DNA from: Obrimoposthia wandeli
Lineage: Eukaryota
NCBI GenBank assembly: GCA_977020255.1
Contig: CDROCS010003335.1
Location: 186,001 to 250,000 of the forward strand
Direction of reading: 5' to 3'
Length of the DNA: 64,000 nucleotides
Shown here: piece after piece, positions 12,201 through 24,200 of the stretch
Layout of the letters: each line of letters opens with the position of its first letter
Numbering within the stretch: position 1 is the first letter of the stretch
Program-made: the position numbers and the translations under genes
Notes under the pieces: generated by a model
Seen by the model: only the letters and a program-made list of their open reading frames with translations
Database searches by the model: none
What the model was told of the DNA's origin: nothing

Positions 12201-15200
12201 TGAATATAAATTTGTTAATATAGATTCTGCATGTACTAATATTTGAATTGAGAATAAAAAAAAACGTAATGACGCGTTTCAAAACTACTGATTTTGGCAT
12301 GCTTTCTTTATTAGACTGTATTTATATGTAGTATTAAAATTTTACTTCGAAGTGCTAATTTTATTACCCCCTCAGTTCAAAATATAGATGCACGTCCCTG
12401 ATTATTTGCACTTCTTCCGTTCGAATATCAGCGATACAATTATCACCATACTCAAATTAATATAATCCAATGCTTTTTTCCGTATTTTTTTTCTAATTCA
12501 CCCACTTCTTGTAACGCTTCAAATGCTTTTAATTTATAAGAAATACATTCGCTTCGAAAAATATTTAATCGTCAATTTATCCAGTACATATGAAATTCCT
12601 CATTAAATACTTTAGATTGTAGTTTCATGTTTTATTATTAAAACATTTGCATTATTCAAACTTGATTAGAATTCAAAATATTTCTATTTATAACTCTTTT
12701 ATGAATCGGATACATCTTTTTAGAGTTAAAACTGTTTGAAACCAAACATAGAATTGTAAAAGAGCATTTTGTTTTAGAAATTGATTTGTTTTAAACCTGT
12801 TTGATGATTATTTTATAATTGTAAGAAATTCGTTGACAATTTTTAACTGAATCATACAGAGTATGATGAATAAATTTCTTTTTAAAATAGCAATGAATCG
12901 CAAACAGCATCGATCGTTGTAGGCTTTTTGATCAATTAACAATCTTGTGTCTGAAAATCTGAATATTTTATTGAATTTGACTTTATTTTTGTGTCTCAGC
13001 ACAACAGTTTAGAAAGTTATTTTAAATAGGCGATATAAAAGGAAATTTGAGTATCACTTGAAAGGAAGAACGATTCTGGAAGTTTTTCATTATTTTCTAA
13101 ATAAATTAAAATAACTGTTTGGTAATTGATGGGAGAGTATCTGTTTAAATCCGAACTTTCCCTCAAGATAGCTGGCATTTCGATCGTAGATCAGTGATTA
13201 GAATTACTGGGGATCAAAGTCCTCAACATATTATGAAACATTACTTGGGTACGTTATGTGGCTTTCTTCATACGAATGCCTATTGCGTAATTTTTCGTAA
13301 GCACCCCACACTATATTAAAATTTTCAACTTTATTGAAGAAAGCCACACATCGTACCCATATAAAGTTTGAGAATAATTAAAAATAAGAAGACCAAAAAG
13401 GAGACATTGTTTGATATTATCATTCAATTCCCAAATTACTTTATTGGTTAGCAGCACCTAAAACTTACGATTTGTACACACTAAAGAGGTAAGATTTTCC
13501 AATATAACTTTACTTTTCTTATTTTAAGAATATTTTAAAGCAACCTCTGAATCTATTTTAAGCCTCCAGACTACTACAAAATAGAATCATAAAATGAATT
13601 AAGAATAATTCAGATATAATAAGACAAACAATACTTACTAATTTTAACTTTTAAAATGCTTTCAAAAGGTTGCCAAATATCACAAAAAAAATCAAATTGT
13701 TTGAAAGTCCCCTGGGCATTTGTTCTTCTAGTTATCATAAAACCTCACTATGACCTTGATCTCTATTTTCAGTGAGCAGAACCAAGTGGAAATCAACGAC
13801 AAAGGTGCTCTGATTAACCAGCCAAATGGAAAGTTGGCCATGATGAACAAAAGTATGCCTATAAACCTTTAAGAAATTCGGTCCATGATTTAGTGTTATT
13901 TTAATCTAATAATTTTACTTGACGCTTTAATCAATCAGGCCATTGTGATTCACGAATGTGCTTTGTTTTTTACGCACATTTACATGTGTAGTTGTGTGTG
14001 ATTGGGGTTGTAGTCTATACATATCCATTGTTAGGCTAATATAGTTTAAAGCAGTGTTGGTGACCTTCAATATTTTATTACTCGGTTAGTTAAAGTGAAA
14101 GTTATGGGTAAATCTTAACAATTCTTAATGTTAAAGTAGAAAAATTAAAAACCCAATATATTTTCCCTCTAATATTATTAATAATAATGCTTGTTTAATC
14201 TAATAAAAAGCTTTGGCTCCAAGTACTTGTCTGCAAGTAAGATAGCGATATAAAGAAGCAGCAATTCTAGTTGAGCTGTTGATGGGATCATTGCATGTCG
14301 CAGGGCACGTTTTGATAAAAATGAATATTTCTTAAAAGTTATTACCAAAAAGATCCAACTCCATCGGAAGACGAAAGAGAATATGAAACTAACTTAACAA
14401 CATATGTATCCACCTCTAACAATTGGAGAATGTCACAGTAAAGATTTAAGAATGAAAGAGAATTGCGCTTCACGTTTTGAAGAGTTGAAATATTGTTCAA
14501 ACCAACTTAAACAAGGTTCGATTCATTATTTTGTCTACTTGTGTTTTCTTAAAATTAAATCAAATTAACAAAATATAACAAATAATTCTTTAAAATGCTT
14601 AATCCCTATTTTTACGAGCCAATCCAAAGAAAATATGGTCAATCTTGAATCTCTGAAAGTTGCGAGAATCTAATCAATGTTGATCCACAAAAAGACATAG
14701 AAATAAGTAGGTTATAACAGGATTATTCTGTATTCAATAATAATCGTCAAAATGTAGTAAAACGATTGATCTATTTTAAAAGTATAAGTTTAAGTGAAAA
14801 AAACAATTTAAATACCAAAAAAAACTATGGAACCCTTTGTTAAGTAAGTTTTGATAATGGGTTTCCCAGAAATAAAAATAGAGTCGAATCAAGATAAAAT
14901 AAACAAATTTATACATAATCACCTAACAAATATATACACATGAAAAATTCACTTTCATTTTTATTAAATACACACAAAATTTTGAATCGAATTATGAAGT
15001 GCAATGCTCTTAAAGGAAATCATTAAATTCCTCTTCATCAACGAAGCTGCAACTTTCTAAACAACCAGTGGTCTTCAAGATTAAACTCGGACGAATAAGG
15101 AGCCTGTCGTTTGCGTGAATGTCCATTTGAATACAGAGATAGAGTCATTATTGAGTATCATAAAGTCTCGCATTACCATGAATAAACCAACTGCTTCGCC

Positions 15201-18200
15201 ATTTAATAGGATTTGGCAGATGACTGAAATTTGGGACTTGTTTTGCAGAAATTGCGCATAAACCTGCTCATTTATATTTTACCTATGTGGGACTATTTCT
15301 GCATACGCTTCTCCACTAAAGGTTACTGCAACAATAACCTGGTATTTTTCTATCAGTGGGATTTTCAAGAAGCTTATCATTTTCCAGCTACTGGTTTGCA
15401 CCAAGGACGATTTGAAGCTTTTGTTCCCAAATCTCTCAGATAAAGCCAATTTTTGTCGTGTAAACTATCTGATTGGAATCATTTGCTTCAAAGAGATTCA
15501 ATACCTCTTGTGCAATTTCCCCACGACGAGCGTTTTGTTAGTCATGAGGTTGTTTCAGCATCAACTTGAAACATAGACGGGGGAGATGAAACTTAGAGTG
15601 TAAATTATTTTTGAAACTCCCAACTGCCAAACCGAGAGTTATACAGAGTTGCCAGATATATATTCAATTGGCGACCACTAGCACATTTTGAATTCGCCTG
15701 ATGTTGGAACCAGAAGCTGCAGTAGCCGGCCTTCCACTCCTTGCTGCATAATCAAGTAATTGCCTTTCTCCATCTTTAACATCCTTTATTTTCTCATGAC
15801 GGACGTTCTTCTTTCCATGCAATGTCGAGCATTTAGTGGATATCAGCTACGGATTAATTATTCCTCGTCATCGTTATCACAAAAAATGATGATTTTCACA
15901 CTTATAATTCATTTACTTTCGTGATCTAAATTAGTATCAAAATAACTTACTGATCTTTGAAAAACAATGAAATTCAAATTTCATAATGTAATTGCAAGTA
16001 GCAACAAATATTAGGGATTTTATGATTGCAATAAAATATTATTGATTTGACCAAGAGACCATATGAATGGTTCACTTTAAGCATAGTAAACGCCTTAGTA
16101 AAGATTTAAAAGTGACCAAGAAATAAGTTTGTTATAACACAATTATTCTGAATTCAAAAATAATCATAAAAAATATAGTAATCCTATTGATAAACTTGTA
16201 ATTAAGATGAATTCAAATTATTTTACCAAATCAATAATACATATTAGACAAGCATTATAAACCAAATATAAGTTTTTCCTTATTACTTTCTGAACAGTTC
16301 AAGTAGTATTCATTTAAAAGTATTGAATGTTTATAACCTAAACTGAATTTCAGACAACTCCAACTTTAATTCTACTGAAAGTGACCCTGTTCAAGTTGTC
16401 CCTGCCACGGAGAATATCCAGAGAAAACCCGTTCTGCCATACAGCTCCATGTTCATCTTCAGTCCGCTTAACAGGTTCCGTCAACATTTTTATCCTAGTT
16501 ATATTGAAGCAACTTTCGAATTTGCCAAAATTTGTCGTTACAACATTTACGTCTTCTATTATTTTTTAATAAACAAACTCTTTAAAATGTATAATTTATT
16601 TTGAATATTTTATGTTGAAATGAGATAAAAACGAGAAAGAAAACTAAAATGTGACATCAGGCTCCAGTTGATTTCTTTCCCAAATCAGGATCCGGAGATT
16701 CTGTCATTTTGTGGTGAACCTGAGATTCTTTGACCTGTTCATCATGATTGTCATATGCGCGAGCAGCATTGCCTTGGCCGCAGAAGATCCCGTATCCACC
16801 GATTCCTTGCGAAACGTGATACTCGAAAGGTTCGATTACGCATTCACCGGCGTCTTCACTGTCGAAATGACCCTAAAGGTTAGTGACACGCTCAGTCTTT
16901 CCTCGTTTCTGCTTATCAAAAATAGTTCAACAAGCATTCATATTAAATAGTTCGACTTAAAGTTATCTCGACATCAATTCTGTAAAGTCTGTTCATCTAA
17001 ATTTGACAATTTTGAATAAACTCTTTCAATTATGAAAGGTAAAAAGTCGTTTTTTACTGCTCTTACGTATGTAAATATCTTTGTTTACTACATGATTTGA
17101 AAGTACGACGTACATACCTGAAAATCCCATATCACCTATGGCTACCTTGGCCATGATTTTAAACCATCGAATGATTTGAGACAGTTTGACTAATATGATA
17201 TTTCCTCGGCAAAACTCTTGAGAAACTTCTGTTTCACTTAATGAACTTTCCTATTTCAATATAATTGAATACACACAACGCTGAGATACATTCATCTCAT
17301 TACAATATTTTATATGTTATATCTACCCTGATTTTGTATTGAACAATTAGATCCCTACGCTGCCATTCATTAAGGTTGTGCATTATATAGAATAATCTAA
17401 AATATCCGAATTTTATAGTGAATTGTTGGAAAAAGATTTTTGCATATTTTGGGATCAACCGTTAAAATATTTAAATGCTGGTTGATACTTCAATACTAGC
17501 TGTCTAACTCACTTAAAATGTTGACCTTGAAAATATGCAATAATATTTAGAACTATTCTTTGTAAATCAGATTTTGAATTGTACTTTATGAAATATACTT
17601 TATTTCCTTAACGAATTTTATAAACCTTCCTAAATAAATCTGTTGCTAAGAAATGTTAAGGACTTATAAGGAATTTACTTTATGTACATTTCATAACGTT
17701 ACTCAGCATTGTTGCTACCAGATAGGGATTGACCAATTAGAGACCGGTGTTCGTTAGGTATTTGCACTTTAGTGCGCGTTGGTTGTTTGACTATATAATA
17801 GACAGACATTTTGTGATGTTGAAGTTTGTTTTTGTAAGACGTTTTGGTTGCCAGAAAAGAATAATGAATAAATAATATCAGCTTTTTGTCCAACTATAAA
17901 ATTACATCGATTTGATTCATTTTGAATCTAAAATTAAATATATGACTTTCATAATTGAATATGCAATTTAATACATTAATCAATAAATTTTAATTACAAT
18001 ATAAACTCGATATTTTATCTGTGAACATTTAGGCGGTATTCATGAACTATCTTTAGTAAAAAGGAACAAGAAAAACTATCTATATTTCCTTAACGGATTT
18101 TATAAAGCTTCCCTAAATAAAGCTGTTGCTTAAGAAATTTTAAGGACTTTAAGGAATTCCCATTAGTATATATGAAATGTACTTATCTCAAGAAATTATT

Positions 18201-21200
18201 TTTAAAATACATATTTTAAAGAAAACGTTAAAGAAACAATGAAGCTTCCTCATGTAAATTACATATATAATTAAAAATTTGTAAAAATATTTTTAAAAAT
18301 TTAGGACAGAGTTTTAAAATTATTGGAAAATGCTGTCAGCTATTTCCAAAGGTTAGAAGAGAACTTCGGATATTTCTAGAGTAAGATGTGAGAAAACTAT
18401 GTACGCTGTGATGTTATTATACCATTCCCACTGAGAGTGACATTTTAGCTATCCAATGACTTTGCTATCATATAAATGAGAGGAAAAACTTTATCGTACT
18501 TAGGTTCAACCGATAGTGCTGGATGTAGTTTGATAAACAAACCTTGAAATTATCAATGAAGATATATGTAAGAAAACATTTTTCCAATACGATCCTAATG
18601 TATGTTTTATTAATGAAATATATGTGCTAGGGTTTGACTAGAGTTCGTATCAGCATAAAAAGATTAGAGTTATGGATTGTAATTAGGGTTAGATGATTAG
18701 AGTTAAGGGTTAGAGTTAGATTTATAATTAGGCTTAGAGTTAGGCTTATGTTGGAGGTTATTAGGTAAATTTTTGAAACATGATTACATAGAAATATTGA
18801 TATATATTGAATATATTGATCAGATAATCAATCCATAATAATAATTTAAAATTTAAAATATTAAAAATAAAAGGTTTTGGACCATTGAAGATTGAAGGTT
18901 TTACCCTTGAAGGTTCATGCGCTTTCGGTAGTGACAATTTTGATGGCACAACCTTAAAAATACATTTCAACACATGTCAATGCCTGTCAACACATATAAT
19001 ATGACGAAGTGCCACATCATCCTACTGACCTCCTTAGTTAAGGAAAAATTTTAGTTGAAAAAGGATGTTTAATACAGACCTTTAATATAAAATGCTTTTA
19101 GACATTTTCAGTATTTTGACAATTGTTTTCACTGCCACAGATAATTGACGTAGGCATCATTCTGCACCCGAATTCCTACTGCCGCGATCTCTGGAATATA
19201 TTGGATGCTACTGTGGTTATTTGTGCTCTAGTTGCCTTTATCATTGGGTAAGATCCGTTCACAGCAATATTGAAAAGTTATAGCTTATATTCAGTTTTAT
19301 TGAGGTGTACGCATTTATTTAAAGATAACTATCTACATTTTACATTATATTATTCTAACTAATATTTGTATCTGTGAACACTTTAATATGATTTTGAATC
19401 AGTCCAAATCAATGTTGGAATCAACCGGTAATTTTAAAAACTACATTTTAAAATAGGTTTTACGTCTAATTTATTACTTTGATTTATAATTAATACATTT
19501 TTGTATAAATTAAGTTTAACTTTTTAATTTTTTATAAATTACAAAATCTATTATATAAAAATAAATGTTTAATGATCAAATAGTATTTAAATTAAAAGTT
19601 TATTTAAAAAAATTAATTTCGATAAAAAAAATTCTAAAATAAATTAATTAAAATAATTTAATATTTAAAAACTTTTTTTTTTCAAATTTAATTTTTGTAA
19701 TTTTGATATATTGTAGATTTTCTTATAATATAAATTTACAAATATTTTTAGTTTCGTTAGAATATATTAGGAAAGTATTTAATTAAGAAGTAGTTTTCTC
19801 AATAAAAAAATACATCTATTATGCGTTAATCATTAGATACATTGTGAACAAAAAGATAAAACATGAAGTGAATAATATATTCAAACGAAGCCATTTCATC
19901 AAAAGTCATCTTTCCACTCTCATACATTCTTCCGATCAACTAGACCTCGTCTTATAAAACTGCTCTTCAAATGGAGAATCACCTGTGGTTTTGTGAATAT
20001 TGGGAAAACTGTGTAGAATTTGATTTCACACATCGCATATAGCGATTAATTTTATATTTAGCTTTTTCAAATACCAATCAATCAGAATGACAGAGTTTGG
20101 GCAACAGCAATTGAAGAAATATCAGAGCAAGAAAGATACATCACACTCACAATGCCTTGCAATTCTAATCTGCTTCATCACAAGAGAATATTATTGGTGA
20201 TAACAGACAATGGTCAGTCATAGACATCTGAATATTTCAGAAAAATAATTTCCATACAAAATCTTATAACCATTTTTTAAAATGAAGAAACTGTTATTGA
20301 TGGTAAGCTTGCAATATTCCTATCCGATGAAACACCCTGCTTCAAGATCTTAGCTAATCAGCCCTACCTGATAAACAATAATTTCATTTTTTTCAAAACA
20401 GTCAATGAACTTTTTATTAAAATTTTACACAATGCCTTAAATGAGATTTTCAATGGCTTATAGTAAGGAAATTCTTCTTCGATGTCTTCATAATCGTTTT
20501 GCAGCAGTTTGTGGACGCATATGAACTATTAACGTTTGCTTTTCACTTGAATGTAGTCAATATAAAACCAGTTTTCCTGCTGATCTATGAAAAATTAAAA
20601 AAACATTATTAAAATGACTTCACTTCCTGTGTTTTCTTTTTGTTTGAATGGATCTTTTTGATTATAATCCCTCCACTCAAATATTTTACTAAACTAGAAA
20701 GTAACAACCTTAAATAATACGATAAAATGTTAATGAGTTGGCAAATGAGCTTCAGCATCTTCTAATATTCCATTAAATGATTTCCCAACCGTTTTCACAC
20801 AATTATGAATCGAGCCACTTTAATTCGATATTTTGTCTTTTACTATGTTGACTCAATGGATTTCGTATTGGTAATTGTAGTCGTATCCATTCATGTTTTA
20901 ATCATTCTTTCTTTGCATATACTTGATATGAGTAGAAGAGTCATTCTTAATTTCAAAATATCGACTGTTTTGGGTTAGTAATATTTTTGAGAGGTTAAAC
21001 TGTAATCGAAAAGATCTGTTAAAAGTGTTGATATGGATTAATGATAATTTAATTTTTTTTAATGTAACCCTGAATAAACAAGTCATTTTATTTTTGCTCA
21101 TATTTGATCATTTATTTTCCCTATAGAAGAATTCCAAAAAACGACGACAAGTAAGTTCAAATGTTTCTGTTTTGAGCTCCTCACGTTTGACACAACTATT

Positions 21201-24200
21201 GCACGTATATGGTTTTGTCCTTACTTTTATGATGTCTAGCGAGACCCTTTGCAATCGTATTTGGCCGATTAGCCATTTCGTTTCTACAAATTCCGGTGTA
21301 TAGTTTATCGATATTCATATATTATATCCTTTATTTATATGTATTGTGTTATAAAATGTTTCGTATATTTTAGTTTATTTTCTTGAAATTTTGATGGAAT
21401 TAATAATTTATATTCGACCTTTTAGTTAGATAACAACAGTTTATACCGCTTGAATATCGCCTATAATCTTTTTTTAGAAATTTGAAGAGGCCTCTGGAAA
21501 AGTAATTAAACTCTTTTTCTGTTATTTTCTTCTCAACTAACAATACAGAACGCTCAAATAAAACTGCCAACTAGACAAATGAAAAGCTGTGTGTTTTTGA
21601 AATTTAATAAAATGTATTTAAATAGCTGAAATTATTTTTAGAGAAATACTGGAGTATCATCTTCTATGTTCAATTGATATACAGAGTTTTTAAAATAATC
21701 CATCGCATATTTGAAAATACAATAAATCCATTTTAAAGCAAGATAATTATTTAAATAAGCATCAATAATTTTTTTTAATAATGCCTGAAAATTATGCAGA
21801 GATTTTTCGAAAAATTTTCAATGATTTCTTTTGATGTTTCAGGAGAGATTGAAGCTTAGGCTTCAGTTATGTAGACTTTAAGCTCACCAAGGGTTGCTGA
21901 ACGTCTGGCGTTTACAAAATTCAAATTTGTAAACCAAATTTTGATTAGAATTCATTAAAACAATTTTAACTCAAAATTTGGTGTGATTTCAGAAATTTTA
22001 TTAAAACTTAACATTGAATCCACTTCAATAGAACACATTTAATTAATTGAAATTCTATTCATAAAATCAAATATAATTCAATTTCAATCCATTAGAGTCT
22101 ATTCATATCTTGTTTAAGTCTAAGGAAACATGTCTTCACAAATATACTGTCCTAAATGATCGAGTTACCATCTCCATCTAAGTTTACATATTGATTTTGT
22201 TTATAAACATTTTAATAAGATAAGATATGAAAATATCAATATTTTTTAATAACTTATAACATAATACCTCCAGCAGTAATGTTCCAAATTTCTTTCAAGC
22301 TTCCATCATGTTTTGTCTTGTAAGCTTGAATCATGACAAATAGCTCCCATTTTCTTATCATTGTCAACTTTGTAGTAATCCATGAAAATATATTCATGAG
22401 CTCGAATCATCATTAAATTATTATAGATCTTTTTTTCAATATTTAATTGATGAAAGAAATCAATCAGTTGTTTGATATCTTGTTCGTGCATATTCTTGAC
22501 GATTTGATCGAACTTTATTTTATTCAATTTGACGTGATTAAAGAAGAGATATGATAGGCTTCTTCAGTAGATACATAGCTCATTTACAATAATGACAAGG
22601 AGAAAAAAATTGAGAATTTTAAAAATTTGATGGTATTCTTGATTTTCTTTTTTTCGAATATATCTTCAAATAAATATTAGATAAAATCATTAGTATCCTT
22701 GTTTTTAATTTTCAATTAGATTGCATTGACGGTTGACTTGATATTTTTCTTCTCTAGAGTATTCTTGGGAATAACCTTCTTGATTTTGATGTTTGTCAAC
22801 ATTGTAATCAGAAGTAATGGCTGAATTTAATAGTTAGTTGTGTATATCCAACCTAACCTTACCTGATTAGTCAATCTTCAATTGGATCCATGTGTATGTG
22901 TATGTATATATGTTAGTATTGATTTGCTTATACTATTTGTGTATTTTAGAATTGTCTTTGTTTATACCATGTTGGTGTGTGTTCGTATGCGTACGTATAT
23001 GTATGTAAACCTGTGTGTAAATTATAACAGACAAATTATAAACCTCATCCTACCTTATAAATGGAAAATATGTCATTAAGTAGTATAAAACCTTGTCAAT
23101 ACATAGAAAAGCATGAAGCTTATACTTAGTCATTTTCAAATCACAAGATTTGTTAGGAATTTGTCGATAAGTGGGATATAGGAAACCAATTACAAGCCGG
23201 AATTTATAATATTGCATTAAAATTGAAAGAAATCAATCAGTTACAGTGACTAAAGATATTGGAAAGAAAATTGATTTGCATCGTTTATCAAATAAATCAA
23301 AAATGGATTGTATATTCGAACCGAAACTATTTTTTGCTCTCAGAGTGAATAATTATAATTCATTATGTGTTAATGTATTTTCAAGCTATAAAGTTATTAT
23401 TGTCAAACTCAAAGACTTGAAGTATTATTATGATGTTGTTTCACTTTTGCTTTTGCTTATAACATTATCTTAATTGTTATAAAATGAAATGCGATGGTTT
23501 AGTAAAATACTTATCTTATTATAAAAAGTTAAATGATCTATTAACCAAAACAATGATGAAATATATGAAAATAAAAGTCAAGTATGAAATGTATAGATTA
23601 GATATGAATTGATATTTATCATTTAGTATTAATTTCATAAACAATCCATTTCTAAGCAGTTTAGCAAAGGCTATATTTTACAAGCATGATAAATCTCAAC
23701 TGTATAATCTGGTAACTTGTATATTTTGTCATGGTAAAATCTCAAATTGAGAATTTTATGTTAAACCAATGAAACGTCATAGTTAATATTTTCCTTTATT
23801 TCCATTTATTTAAAAAATAAATGTTTCAATTGTGACATTGAAAGAGATAACAATATAAAATATTGATTTTTATACCAAACCAAAAGTATTTGTAGTGTAA
23901 ATAATAATTATGAAAATCTAATAATTTCACCAACAACTCATCTGAAATCCAATAAAGTTGAAACTGGGTGTATAATAGAACATTATATAATCGATGAAGA
24001 AATGAAAAGTAAATTTTATACACTTCAAGTTGTTAAAAGGAAAATAAATTTCAGCAAAGGAAGATTAAAATCTGTTCTATATTATAGATTAAAAACTGAA
24101 TGTGGTTATAATTCAATTGTTTATTAAATGTTAAGCATGATTGAACAAGGAACCATAGAAACGATTTATTAATATTTTATCATACATTGTAGAATATTTT

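Noticed and set aside
17603-18095. TTCCTTAAC U12 branch-like motifs at about 17604 and 18086
   Set aside because: Part of a duplicated repeat, far from the acceptor, in an intron with a U2-type donor (GTTAGT).
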